The notes: generated by a model from the sequence alone, not told the origin. A stretch of 64,000 nucleotides of DNA from Tepidisphaeraceae bacterium (GCA_036001665.1 DASYUA010000257.1:1-64000), one strand, 5' to 3'; numbered from the stretch's first letter, positions 38,851-48,585 are shown. Program-made: numbers and translations.

Positions 38851-39278
38851 GCAAACTCCTGGGTGTCTGCTCTTCTTCGCAGTGATGGATGCCATCGCCG
38901 GCCCGTGCGAGCGGCAATCAGGTAAATACACTACGCCGGTGGCCAAGCAGTGATTCTATCGATTGGGAACTTTCCAGTCACGCGCCATCTCAACATTTTC
39001 ATGCCGGCAACTCCCGGCATCACCGCCCACGGTCAATGATAAGATACCACTTCGCCTTCCGTATGTCTCGTTACACACAAAACCCTTCGCAGCAAGACTC
39101 AGGTAAACCACGCGGGTGGCGCGGGAATGAGGCGGCGTAGAATCTTCCTGGGCGCAGGGCTCTCAGCAAACTTGTTGCGACCTCGGGCGTATTCTCTTAT
39201 ACTGCGGGCCGATTACTGCGCGCACGATAGGCACGGGACAGATTACACACCTTTGAGACCGCGGCGTCAGGAGATTGC

Positions 39279-41726
39279 ATGACATCCGAGATTCGCTCCC
39301 CACACCAGACAGTCCGCCTGCGTTCTGCCTGCGGACCGATTATCGAAACGCTCGAAAACCGCAGACTCCTTTCTGTCAATCTCGATAATGGATTGCTCTC
39401 GATTACCGGCACCGAAGGCGCCGACAAAATCGCGGTACGCGCCACCTCCGACACTCAGCTTCGGGTCTTCGTCAACAAGCAGATTTCATTCTTCAACAAG
39501 AGCGATGTCACCGGAATCTTCGTGGACGCGCTGGGAGGCAATGACCGGGTGGAGGTCGTCCGCGACAGCCGCTTCGGAGGCACAAACCTGCCTGTCACAG
39601 CGCTAGGCGGCGGCGGCAATGACACCCTCAGTGGCAATAGCGGCAATGACTCTCTTGTGGGGGATGATGGTGATGATCTGCTGCTGGGCGGCAAGGGCAA
39701 CGATGCGCTCCTTGGTGGCGACGGGAATGACCGCCTTATGGGAGATGAAGGCGACGATGTCCTGCGGGGCGGACTGGGCGACGACTCCCTCGTCAGCGGT
39801 GAAGGTATCAGGAATGCTCTTGGCGGGGCCGGCAAAGACCTTCTTGAACAATCCTTCAAGCCGCAATTTCCAATCGGGACGTTCACCGGCACTCCCACGG
39901 GTTACTCGCCCACGCAGCAACGACAGGCCTACGGGCTGGGCAGTCTGAATGATCCCGGGTTCACCAATCGCGGGCAGGGCCAGACGATCGTGATCATCGA
40001 TGCGTATCACGCCACCAATGCCCGCAAGGACTTGATCACATTCGCGCGCGAAATGAAGACCCTGCCCGGCGTCAAGAACCTCAACAAGTTCTTTGCCACT
40101 CACTTTCATCAGGTCTTTGCCTCCGGCCACAGGCCGACGTTTGATGAAGGGTGGAACGGCGAGGCCATCCTGGACATCGAGTGGGCGCATGCCGTCGCGC
40201 CATTGGCTAAAATCATTTTGCTGGAATCCGATTCCAATAATTTTGGCGATGTCAATCAGGCCGTCGATAAGGCCATCACCATTCTCAACAAGACCAAGCC
40301 CCATGGCGGCTCGGTATCGATGAGCCTCGGCTCTGACTTCGATCAGCCCCAGCAGGAAGTGCTCGAAACTGTCTTCGCCAGCGAAAGGGCCAGGAACATT
40401 TCCTTCATCGTCTCGGCCGGCGATACCGGCGGCGTCCCCAGCTTTCCCGCGACCAGTCCCCACGTAACCGCTATCGGTGGCACCACGCTGTATCTCGATG
40501 AGTTCGGGAACCGGGTGCCTGGGGTGACCGCGACTGCCAACGCAACCACCGACCTGAATGACTATGCCGAGGATATTGATTGCGATGATATCGACGTTCC
40601 TGGTGGCGAACGCCCATGGTGGCAGCTTCCGGTGCCGCCTTTCTGGCCCAACAGCCCAGGCGGCGGCGGCGGGCCCAGCGCCGTCTTCCCCACCCCTCCT
40701 TATCAGGAAAATCGCGGCGTTCCCACCGGTGGTCGCGGAACCCCGGATATTTCCTTGAATGCTGATCCGCGCACAGGAGTCTCCGTCTTCAACTCCATGG
40801 GCGCGGGCGGCGCCAGCGGATGGGAAACGGTGGGGGGGACCAGCGCTGGAGCGCCGCAATTTGCGGCCATGATCGCGCTGGTCAATCAGCTTCGAACCAT
40901 CAAGCACAAGGGTGTCGTCGGCAGCTCGCTCCAGCAGCGCATCTACCAGTTGGGCCAGCGCGGCCCCGATGCATTCACCTACGACATCGCAGGCATTCAC
41001 GGAACCGGACCGATTGATACCACCCTTTGTCCCAATAATCAGGGGCTCCCGGCCTGGCTGTATCCTTCCGTTGGCGGCTGGGACTACGCCACCGGATTCG
41101 GCTCTCCCGGCCGCGCACTCATCCCGACGTTGGCGGGAATGAAGCCTGTGTTCACCAACCGGCGTCTGGTCGTGGGCGGAACGTTCTCACAGAACCAGTT
41201 GGTCGCAGGCGGACCAGCGGTATTCCGCTCAATCCAATTTAAAGGCAACTCCAATATCCAGGGTCTCTACACGCTCAATATGGCCGCCACCACCCTGAAG
41301 CAGACCTTCCCAGCTCCGGGTGGCGGCACGGGTGGCGGTGGCGGTGGCGGCGGAACCACCACCACGACCTTGCAAGTCGATCTGTTTGGAATGGATGCGC
41401 AGACGGGCGTTGCCCTGCCTCCAACGCTTGATCCAATCACCGGAGCCATCACTACGCCCGGAACCACAATCGTCCTCAGCCGCAATGGAAATGCGATCAC
41501 CGGCTTGGGATTCGTCCGAGTCGCCGAGACGACGACAACCGGCGGCGGCGGCCCTCCGGGGACCACCTCCAACGTTGTCAGCGGGGCTGTCCGATTCACC
41601 GGTAAGATCGTGAAGGGCAAAGTCACCGGGACCTACCGCGCCATTAATCCCGATGGCAGCTTCGTTACCAACCGACAAGCCTTCGAATTGGGCTTGCCAA
41701 ACATCTCCGGAACGTTTACGGGATGA
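39279..41726 (+). CDS. secreted S53 (sedolisin-like)/S8 serine peptidase with N-terminal LENRRLLS module, RTX repeats, C-terminal Gly/Thr-rich domain
   Basis: SAGDTGG (Asp box) and GGTSAGAPQFAAMIAL (catalytic Ser) motifs; GG-x-G-N-D repeats in residues 90-160. Confidence 0.8.
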   Translation: MTSEIRSPHQTVRLRSACGPIIETLENRRLLSVNLDNGLLSITGTEGADKIAVRATSDTQLRVFVNKQISFFNKSDVTGIFVDALGGNDRVEVVRDSRFGGTNLPVTALGGGGNDTLSGNSGNDSLVGDDGDDLLLGGKGNDALLGGDGNDRLMGDEGDDVLRGGLGDDSLVSGEGIRNALGGAGKDLLEQSFKPQFPIGTFTGTPTGYSPTQQRQAYGLGSLNDPGFTNRGQGQTIVIIDAYHATNARKDLITFAREMKTLPGVKNLNKFFATHFHQVFASGHRPTFDEGWNGEAILDIEWAHAVAPLAKIILLESDSNNFGDVNQAVDKAITILNKTKPHGGSVSMSLGSDFDQPQQEVLETVFASERARNISFIVSAGDTGGVPSFPATSPHVTAIGGTTLYLDEFGNRVPGVTATANATTDLNDYAEDIDCDDIDVPGGERPWWQLPVPPFWPNSPGGGGGPSAVFPTPPYQENRGVPTGGRGTPDISLNADPRTGVSVFNSMGAGGASGWETVGGTSAGAPQFAAMIALVNQLRTIKHKGVVGSSLQQRIYQLGQRGPDAFTYDIAGIHGTGPIDTTLCPNNQGLPAWLYPSVGGWDYATGFGSPGRALIPTLAGMKPVFTNRRLVVGGTFSQNQLVAGGPAVFRSIQFKGNSNIQGLYTLNMAATTLKQTFPAPGGGTGGGGGGGGTTTTTLQVDLFGMDAQTGVALPPTLDPITGAITTPGTTIVLSRNGNAITGLGFVRVAETTTTGGGGPPGTTSNVVSGAVRFTGKIVKGKVTGTYRAINPDGSFVTNRQAFELGLPNISGTFTG

Positions 41727-41756
41727 TCGGTTTCATCATTAGGAAGCATGTCATAC

Positions 41757-41790
41757 GTCGGAGATGCCCCCATCTCCGACGCTTTTTTTT
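41757..41790 (+). terminator. rho-independent terminator after the peptidase gene
   Basis: GTCGGAGATG-cccc-CATCTCCGAC followed by T8. Confidence 0.8.
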
Positions 41791-41866
41791 CGCCCCATCC
41801 CTGATCCATTCGTTTCCCCCGGCCAACTCCGCGTGCTAAACTCCAACAGCAAATTCGTACACCTCC

Positions 41867-42871
41867 ATGAGCTCCCCCGACCCACCCTCAAGTCCCCCCG
41901 ACTACAACCTCCTCAACCTCGATTTCCGCCGCCCCATCCCCCGCCCCAAGGCCAACGGCATCACCATCGATTTCCATTGCCACCTCCACGCCGCCCGCCA
42001 CGCCCCATCCTGGTTCCAGGCCGCCGATCATTACGGCATCGACTGCTTCATCACCATGTCCCACCTCGAAGAAGCCCTCGGCCTTCAGCGCGACTGGCCC
42101 GGCCGAATCCACTTCATCGCCGTCCCCAAATGGGGCGACTGGAACGCGGGCTTCATCGACGAATGGCTCAAGCGCATCGAGGCCTTCTACAACATCGGCA
42201 GCCGCATCGTGAAATTCTGGTTCGCCCCGCCGGCCGTCGGCGAGCGCGGCTGGCGTCTTGACTCCCCCATGTTCGCCCCCCTTCTGCGCGAGGCCCGCGA
42301 CCGCAAAATGGCCGTCATGACCCACGTCGGCGACCCGCAAATCTGGTACGACACCAAATACGCCGACACCGCCAAATACGGCTCCCGCGACGATCACTAT
42401 CAGATGTGGGAAAACGTCCTCAACGAATACGCGGGCGTCCCCTGGATCGGCGCGCACATGGGCGGCAACCCCGAGGACCTCAACCGCCTCCAGGGCCTGC
42501 TCGATCGTCATCCCAATTTAAATTTCGACTGCAGCGCCACCCGCTGGCAGGCCCGCGAAATCTCCGCCCGCCGCGAAGAGGCCCGCGAATTCTTCATCCG
42601 CAACCAGGACCGCATCCTCTTCGGCACCGACCAGGTCAGCAACAACGAACGCGGCTTCGATTTCCTCGCCAGCCGACTCTGGGTCCATCGCAAGCTCTGG
42701 GAAACCGCCTACATCGGCCCCTCTCCCATCCTCGACCCCGATCTGCCGCCTGATAGCCAGCCCCCCATCCGCGGCCTCGCCCTCCCCGATGAATGCCTCC
42801 AAAAACTCTATCACGACAACGCCATTAAACTCCTGGCCAAAGTCGGGGTATCTTTTGAAGCGTGGGGATGA
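41867..42871 (+). CDS. amidohydrolase-2 family TIM-barrel metal-dependent hydrolase
   Basis: IDFHCHLH N-terminal metal ligands; HVGDP; 334 aa. Confidence 0.75.
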   Translation: MSSPDPPSSPPDYNLLNLDFRRPIPRPKANGITIDFHCHLHAARHAPSWFQAADHYGIDCFITMSHLEEALGLQRDWPGRIHFIAVPKWGDWNAGFIDEWLKRIEAFYNIGSRIVKFWFAPPAVGERGWRLDSPMFAPLLREARDRKMAVMTHVGDPQIWYDTKYADTAKYGSRDDHYQMWENVLNEYAGVPWIGAHMGGNPEDLNRLQGLLDRHPNLNFDCSATRWQAREISARREEAREFFIRNQDRILFGTDQVSNNERGFDFLASRLWVHRKLWETAYIGPSPILDPDLPPDSQPPIRGLALPDECLQKLYHDNAIKLLAKVGVSFEAWG

Positions 42872-42915
42872 GATTTGAAATCTCAAATCTGGAATTTGAA
42901 ATTTGAAATTGCGGA
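42871..42915. promoter_or_regulatory. AT-rich heptamer array (gagATTTGAAATctcAAATCTggaATTTGAAATTTGAAATT) directly upstream of the phosphoesterase gene
   Basis: similar TTGCAAAT array at 27-57 upstream of the first gene in the window. Confidence 0.4.
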
Positions 42916-42922
42916 GGATGTA

Positions 42923-43864
42923 ATGCCCATCACACTCAAACCCGTCAGCCGCCGAAGTTTTCTCAAGGGCTCCCTGGCCGCCACCGCCACCCTCCTCGCC
43001 CCTTCCTGGCTCCGCGCTGCCGACACCCCCGTCGATCCCCACCGCTTCGCCCTCCTCTCCGACATCCACATTCACGTCGATCCCGAATTCCTCCACAAAT
43101 CCAAGGTCGCCGTCACCAACATGTGGAAAAATCTCCAGCAGGCCAGCAGCGAGATCCTCGCCCTCCCTTCCCGCCCCTCGGCCGTCTTCATCAACGGCGA
43201 CTGCGCCTTCCACCAGGGCCTCCCCGGCGACTACATGACACTTGTCGAAGGCCTCGCCCCCCTCCGCGCGGCCAATTTTCCCATCCATCTGGCCCTGGGC
43301 AACCACGACCACCGCGCCAATTTCTGGGAGGTCCTCCCCAACGACGACGCCCGCAAATCAGACGTCGAAGATCATCACGCCCTCTTCGTCCCCGCCGCCC
43401 GCGCCAACTTTTTCATCCTCGATTCCCTCAAAATCACCGACAAAGTCTCCGGGCTCCTCGGCTCAAAACAAATCGAATGGCTCGCCGCCGCCCTCGACGC
43501 CCACACCGAAAAACCGGCCATCGTCTTCGTCCATCACAACCCCGACGAAAAAGGCAAGCTCGATCCCGCCACCAAAAAAATAACCATCAGCGGCCTGGAA
43601 GACACCAAGGCCCTCCTCGACATCCTCCTCCCCCGCAAGCACGTCAAAGCCTATATTTTCGGCCACACCCACGACTGGCGCCGCGAAGAGCAGGATGGCC
43701 TCCACCTCATCAACCTCCCCCCCGTCGCCTGGATCTTCAAAGAAGGCCGCCCCAACGGCTGGGTGGATACTTTTCTGCGCCAGGACGGCGCAACCCTCGA
43801 GCTCCGCGCCTTGGACACGAAGCATCCCCTTCATGGTGAGAAATATGAACTAAAGTGGAGATGA
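42923..43864 (+). CDS. Tat-secreted calcineurin-like metallophosphoesterase
   Basis: SRRSFLKG twin-arginine signal; LSDIH, GDCAF, GNHD, GHTHDW motifs; GGAGG RBS. Confidence 0.8.
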   Translation: MPITLKPVSRRSFLKGSLAATATLLAPSWLRAADTPVDPHRFALLSDIHIHVDPEFLHKSKVAVTNMWKNLQQASSEILALPSRPSAVFINGDCAFHQGLPGDYMTLVEGLAPLRAANFPIHLALGNHDHRANFWEVLPNDDARKSDVEDHHALFVPAARANFFILDSLKITDKVSGLLGSKQIEWLAAALDAHTEKPAIVFVHHNPDEKGKLDPATKKITISGLEDTKALLDILLPRKHVKAYIFGHTHDWRREEQDGLHLINLPPVAWIFKEGRPNGWVDTFLRQDGATLELRALDTKHPLHGEKYELKWR

Positions 43865-43880
43865 CCCGGCGGAAAGCAGC

Positions 43881-44300
43881 TCAATGCTTCCGGCGGCGCT
43901 TTGAGCCGTTTTCCTTCGTATCAAGATCCACGAACTCGATGATGTGGTTAAGTGCTACCGTCTTCCACCGCAAGACGAATTTGTGCCCGTATTCATCGTC
44001 GACATACTCCAGCGGCATAATCGCACTGGTCAGGCCGACTACGACAGAACCAGCATCCAAGACGTCGATTGTGCTGTTTGAAAGACGGGAACGAAACGGC
44101 CGAAATGGCTGGTCGTGCAGCCTGTTGTAAAGGTCCTGCGAAGACATGCACTTATTATAGCAAGTGGACCGCGCGTTCGCGGTCATGATTTCCGGCGTTT
44201 TTAGCCATTGCAATGCCTCATAATGCCGTGAGCGCATGCGCAGCGTCATCAATAGCCGTAGGGTTCGCTCCGCGCCCCCGACACCCAACATCCCCTGCAC
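43881..44300 (-). CDS. hypothetical protein (lower-GC region; start uncertain)
   Basis: 139-aa ORF; local GC visibly lower than flanks; no domain recognised. Confidence 0.3.
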   Translation of the reverse strand: MQGMLGVGGAERTLRLLMTLRMRSRHYEALQWLKTPEIMTANARSTCYNKCMSSQDLYNRLHDQPFRPFRSRLSNSTIDVLDAGSVVVGLTSAIMPLEYVDDEYGHKFVLRWKTVALNHIIEFVDLDTKENGSKRRRKH

Positions 44301-44326
44301 GCCGAAAAATACGACCTGAAATGGCG

Positions 44327-44812
44327 CTAAATCTCCAGCCCCGCCGCTTCCACCGTCACCTGGTACATCTTCCCATCCCGGAAAATCTCCACGCTCTTCA
44401 CCAGCATCTTCCCCTTGTTGCTGTTCATCGGAAATGAGTTGCCCTGATCGTCAAACAGCATCGGGAAATGGATTTCCTTCAAATTCCGGTTCTCCATCTT
44501 CGGCACGTGGCAGACATATTTCCCGTTGACCCACACGTCCACGTCCTGCCAGTCCGTTTCCGAAAAATTCACCACTTCCAGCCGATTCAACTGATACCTC
44601 ACCTGCGCCCGCGCCTTCTGCTCGCGCAGCTTCGGCGCTTCCGCCTTATACGGAAACCGATCCAGCGCATCCGACCGAAACTCGTGCTTCGCCATCCGCA
44701 GATTCGGATCCGGATTATCAAAAATCGTCGTCCGATCCATGCACCCGGCCAGTCCCGCCAGCGCCAGTGCGGCCACGGACAACGCGCCACGACTCAGATT
44801 AACAGCTTTCAT
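44327..44812 (-). CDS. lipoprotein, hypothetical
   Basis: MKAVNLSRGALSVAALALAGLAGC lipobox; AAGGAG RBS. Confidence 0.6.
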   Translation of the reverse strand: MKAVNLSRGALSVAALALAGLAGCMDRTTIFDNPDPNLRMAKHEFRSDALDRFPYKAEAPKLREQKARAQVRYQLNRLEVVNFSETDWQDVDVWVNGKYVCHVPKMENRNLKEIHFPMLFDDQGNSFPMNSNKGKMLVKSVEIFRDGKMYQVTVEAAGLEI

Positions 44813-44948
44813 CAATGCTCCTTCGGTCAATATCCTCATCCGCGTTTATCGGACGAAATCCGATCCCCGGATGAGAAATACTCCCCACCCCCCGCGCATT
44901 TACCCCCCGCCAACTATTGCCTATCCTGATCAATCACCGGAGGATCAA

Positions 44949-45548
44949 ATGTCCGAAGTCCCCATCAGCTCCACCCACACCGACGACCTCTCCCCCCTCG
45001 CTCGCCAAATCCTCTCCCTCGATATCGAAAACTCCTACCGCCTCCTCGTCGTCCGCACCCCCGGCCGCCCCGAAGCCCAAAAACTCCTCTCCACCGCCAC
45101 CCCCACCCAAATGCTTTCCTCCCCCATCCGCAACCCCGACGACGCCAACGCCATCCTCGCCGGCCTCTGGCTCTGGCACGACTGGCTCGATGAATCCCAC
45201 CTCATCTCCCAATCACTCCACTCCTCCACCGGCAGTTTCTGGCACGCCATCATGCACCGCCGCGAAGGCGATTTCTCCAACAGCCAATACTGGTACGCCC
45301 GCTGCCAAAACCACCCCGTCTTCCAACAACTCGCCCACCAGGCCAATCAAATCCTCCACCCCCTCCCGGCCGACAAATCCCTCCTCCGCCTCATGTCCAA
45401 CGGCTGGAACCCCAACGCCTTCGTCGATCTCATCGCCTCCATCGAGCCGGACCCGCGCGACCCCAAACACCTCGCCGCCATCAGCCTCCAACAGCTCGAA
45501 TGGCGTCTCCTCTTCGACCACTGCACCCGCAGCGGCGCCGGCCGGTAG
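44949..45548 (+). CDS. hypothetical protein
   Basis: 199-aa ORF; GGAGG RBS; strong C-ending codon bias. Confidence 0.5.
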   Translation: MSEVPISSTHTDDLSPLARQILSLDIENSYRLLVVRTPGRPEAQKLLSTATPTQMLSSPIRNPDDANAILAGLWLWHDWLDESHLISQSLHSSTGSFWHAIMHRREGDFSNSQYWYARCQNHPVFQQLAHQANQILHPLPADKSLLRLMSNGWNPNAFVDLIASIEPDPRDPKHLAAISLQQLEWRLLFDHCTRSGAGR

Positions 45549-45568
45549 GTCGGGCACTCCTGCTCGAC
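45545..45568. repeat. REP hairpin GTAGGTCGGGCACTCCTGCTCGAC
   Basis: member of the family seen at 5908 and 19649. Confidence 0.6.
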
Positions 45569-45572
45569 ATCC

Positions 45573-46664
45573 CTACGGCATCTGCACCTTCCCCACAATC
45601 GCCTTATCCGGATCGCCCCCATTGCGGGTGATCGTCGCCCTCACCGTCATCTCCCCCCGCCTTCCCGGCCTCAAATCAGCCTTCCAAGGCCTCTCCATCA
45701 CCACCACCGGCGCGCCCATCAAATACTCAAACCGATCCGCCGCCTCAAACGTCACAAACTCCACATCCTCTCCCATCTCACCCACCAGCGCTGCATGCAA
45801 CGTCTTCCCATCCTGATCCGCCACCACCTCCAGCTTCGCCGCCGCAACCACCCGCGCCACCCCCGCCGGCCGCGTCGCCGCCACTTTCTCTCCCCCAATT
45901 TTCGCCATCTCCGACTCCGCCTCCTCCCCGCTCAAAATCACCGCCCCGCTCTTCCCCACGGCCGTCGATGTATCGCTGACCACGGCCCCCGGCGAATTCT
46001 TCACCATGCACCGCTTGATCGATCCCGGCCGTCCAATCAGCGACAATTTCAACCCCGGCGAATCCTCCACGATCACCTCCCCCACCGCTCCCCCCACGAT
46101 CGCCGTGATCTGCGCCCCACCCCCATGCGTATTCTCGATCCTCACCCGCCGCAGCGTGATCCGGCCAAACTTCCCCTCCCCGATCAGCAGCGGCAGCGCA
46201 TCACCCCCATGAATATAAACATCCTCCAGCAAAACTTCCGTCTCCACTGGCTGCTCACTCCCCGCGCCGCTGATCCGAATGTGATCCACATGAACCCCCT
46301 GCCGCCGCCCCACCTCATCGCGCCCAATGTCCGCCGTCTCGCAATTGCGAATGATCACCTTCGCAAACGTCAGCGCCTCGCCCGCACTCGGCGTCGGCCG
46401 ATCCATCGACGTCACCGCAACATCCATCGCCCGCTGATTGATCGCATCATGAATCCGCAAATTCTGAATCAGCAGCGTCCCCTTGTGATCCGAAATCTCC
46501 CACGGCCGCCACCTCCGCACAAAATCCTGCTGCGGATACCTCTGCTCCGCCGGCAGCGCTGATCCATCCACATTCTCTCTCACCACCGGCCCCGTCGCGG
46601 GCCGCGAGCTGGGACCAGCCCCCAACAAGCACGCGCAACTCAACACCACAAACCACAATCTCAT
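45573..46664 (-). CDS. secreted right-handed parallel beta-helix (pectate-lyase-fold) protein
   Basis: signal peptide MRLWFVVLSCACLLGAG; repetitive Gly-rich beta-helix-like turns. Confidence 0.55.
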   Translation of the reverse strand: MRLWFVVLSCACLLGAGPSSRPATGPVVRENVDGSALPAEQRYPQQDFVRRWRPWEISDHKGTLLIQNLRIHDAINQRAMDVAVTSMDRPTPSAGEALTFAKVIIRNCETADIGRDEVGRRQGVHVDHIRISGAGSEQPVETEVLLEDVYIHGGDALPLLIGEGKFGRITLRRVRIENTHGGGAQITAIVGGAVGEVIVEDSPGLKLSLIGRPGSIKRCMVKNSPGAVVSDTSTAVGKSGAVILSGEEAESEMAKIGGEKVAATRPAGVARVVAAAKLEVVADQDGKTLHAALVGEMGEDVEFVTFEAADRFEYLMGAPVVVMERPWKADLRPGRRGEMTVRATITRNGGDPDKAIVGKVQMP

Positions 46665-46725
46665 CCCCGCACCATATCCTCCACTTCCACAATCCGTAAC
46701 TCTCTTTCCGCCCTCCCTATCTCCT

Positions 46726-46756
46726 CTCTGCGTCTCTGCGTCTCCGCGTCTCCGCG
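46726..46756. repeat. TCTGCGY heptad tandem array (copy 3)
   Basis: ctctctgcgtctctgcgtctccgcgtctccgcg in a divergent intergenic region. Confidence 0.6.
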
Positions 46757-46809
46757 ATTAATCCGCATTGCATTCCCTCGAAGCGCCCCGTACCCTTCCC
46801 CCGCCTCCC

Positions 46810-47712
46810 ATGAAACTCATCGCCCTCATCAACGCCAGGGCCGGCACCGTCGCCTCCACCCCCAACCTCGACCAGGCCGAGCACATCCGCGAGGCCTTCC
46901 GCGCCGAACAGATCGACGCCGACGTCCGCCCCCTCGAAGGCCACCAGCTCATCGCCGCCGCAAAGCAGGCCCTCTCCGAACGTCCCGATGCCATCGTCGC
47001 CGGCGGCGGCGATGGCACCGTCAGCGGCGTCGCCAGCGTCCTCGCCCACTCTGACATCCCCATGGGCATTCTCCCCCTCGGCACGCTCAATCATTTCGCC
47101 AGGGACCTCGCCATCCCCATCGATCTCGAAGGCGCGATAGGAATCATCGCCGCCGGCCACGTCCAATCTATCGACCTCGCCCGTGTCAACGACCGCACCT
47201 TCATCAACAACTCATCCATCGGCCTCTATCCCCAGGTCGTCCGCGACCGCGATGAACAGCGCCTCCGCCTCGGCCGCGGCAAATGGCTCGCCATGCTCAT
47301 CGCCACCCTCAACGCCCTCCGCCGTTTCCCCGTGCTCAATGTCCGCATCGGCATCGGCGACAAAAGCGTCCTCCGCCAGACCCCCTTCGTCTTCGTCGGC
47401 AACAACCGCTACGTCATGAGCCTCATGTCCGTCCGCGGCCGCCACCGCCTCGACGAGGGCATCCTCAGCCTCTACGTCGCCAATCGCACCGGCCGCTTCG
47501 GCATGCTCCGCCTCGCCCTCCGCGCCCTCTTCGGCCGCCTTGACCAGGCCAAAGACTTCGACTCGCTCTACCTCAATGAACTCTGGATCGAAACCGGCAA
47601 ACGCCGCCTCCACGTCGCCCTCGACGGCGAAGTCGAAAACATGTCCCCGCCGCTGCACTATCAATCGGTGCCAAACGCGCTAAAAGTTTTCGCCCCAGAA
47701 CGCCTCGAATAA
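46810..47712 (+). CDS. lipid kinase, DAGK-catalytic domain (second paralogue)
   Basis: LINARAGT..IVAGGGDGTVSGVA..ILPLGTLNHFARDL. Confidence 0.8.
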   Translation: MKLIALINARAGTVASTPNLDQAEHIREAFRAEQIDADVRPLEGHQLIAAAKQALSERPDAIVAGGGDGTVSGVASVLAHSDIPMGILPLGTLNHFARDLAIPIDLEGAIGIIAAGHVQSIDLARVNDRTFINNSSIGLYPQVVRDRDEQRLRLGRGKWLAMLIATLNALRRFPVLNVRIGIGDKSVLRQTPFVFVGNNRYVMSLMSVRGRHRLDEGILSLYVANRTGRFGMLRLALRALFGRLDQAKDFDSLYLNELWIETGKRRLHVALDGEVENMSPPLHYQSVPNALKVFAPERLE

Positions 47713-47716
47713 CTAT

Positions 47717-47746
47717 CTCGCTTCACGTTTCACGTTCCACGTTTTA
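47717..47746 (+). promoter_or_regulatory. CACGTT heptad repeat block (ctcgcttCACGTTtCACGTTcCACGTTtta) abutting the phosphoesterase start codon
   Basis: same ctcgcttcacgtttca block as at 4611 upstream of manC. Confidence 0.5.
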
Positions 47747-47749
47747 CGC

Positions 47750-48577
47750 ATGCACACCCTCGCCCACATCTCCGACATCCACTTCGGCCGCGACCAGCCC
47801 GCCGTCACCGAGGCCCTCATCGCCGACATCCTCGCCGCCAAGCCCGACCTCATCGTCAACTCCGGCGACTTCACCCAGCGCGGCCGCCGCCGCCAGTATG
47901 CCAACGCCCGCCACTTCATGACCCGCCTCCCCTCTCCCCAAATCTGCGTCCCCGGCAACCACGACATTCCCCTCTATGACGTCATCCGTCGTTTCTTCTT
48001 CCCTCTCGATCGCTACCGCCACTACATCACCAAAGACCTCCGCCCTTTTTACAAGGATGACCACCTCGCCATCCTCGGCATGAACACCGCCCGCTCCTGG
48101 ACCTGGACCTGGAACGGCTTTTGGAAGGATGGCCGAATCTCCGAAGAGCAACTCCTGGACATCAAGCTCCGCTTCGGCGACCTCCCCCCCGACCTTTTCA
48201 AAATTGTGGTAACTCATCACCCCTTCATCCCCCCACCCAAAGAACGCCCCCACGGCATCGTCGGCGGCGCTTTCCGCGCCCTCGACATGATGGAAGACTG
48301 CGGCATCGACATGGTCCTGGCCGGCCATCTCCACATGGGCTACAGCGGCGACGTCCGCACCCACCACGAAGGTATCAAGCGCTCCATCATCTCCGTCCAG
48401 GCCGGCACCGCCATTTCCAACCGCCGCCGCGGCAACGAGCCCAATGCTTATAATCTCATCACCATCAACCCCCCGCAGGTCACCATTACCGTCCGCGCCT
48501 GGACCGGCACAAAATTCGACACCCACGTCCTCACCCACTACACCCGCATCGAAGGCATCTGGCAGCGCGAAGGCTGA
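47750..48577 (+). CDS. calcineurin-like metallophosphoesterase (cytoplasmic)
   Basis: ISDIHFG, NSGDF, GNHD, VTHHP, GHLH motifs. Confidence 0.85.
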   Translation: MHTLAHISDIHFGRDQPAVTEALIADILAAKPDLIVNSGDFTQRGRRRQYANARHFMTRLPSPQICVPGNHDIPLYDVIRRFFFPLDRYRHYITKDLRPFYKDDHLAILGMNTARSWTWTWNGFWKDGRISEEQLLDIKLRFGDLPPDLFKIVVTHHPFIPPPKERPHGIVGGAFRALDMMEDCGIDMVLAGHLHMGYSGDVRTHHEGIKRSIISVQAGTAISNRRRGNEPNAYNLITINPPQVTITVRAWTGTKFDTHVLTHYTRIEGIWQREG

Positions 48578-48585
48578 TCCATAAA

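Noticed and set aside
39603-41000. 465-aa minus-strand ORF opposite the S53 peptidase
   Set aside because: Antisense shadow. The peptidase frame carries catalytic motifs.
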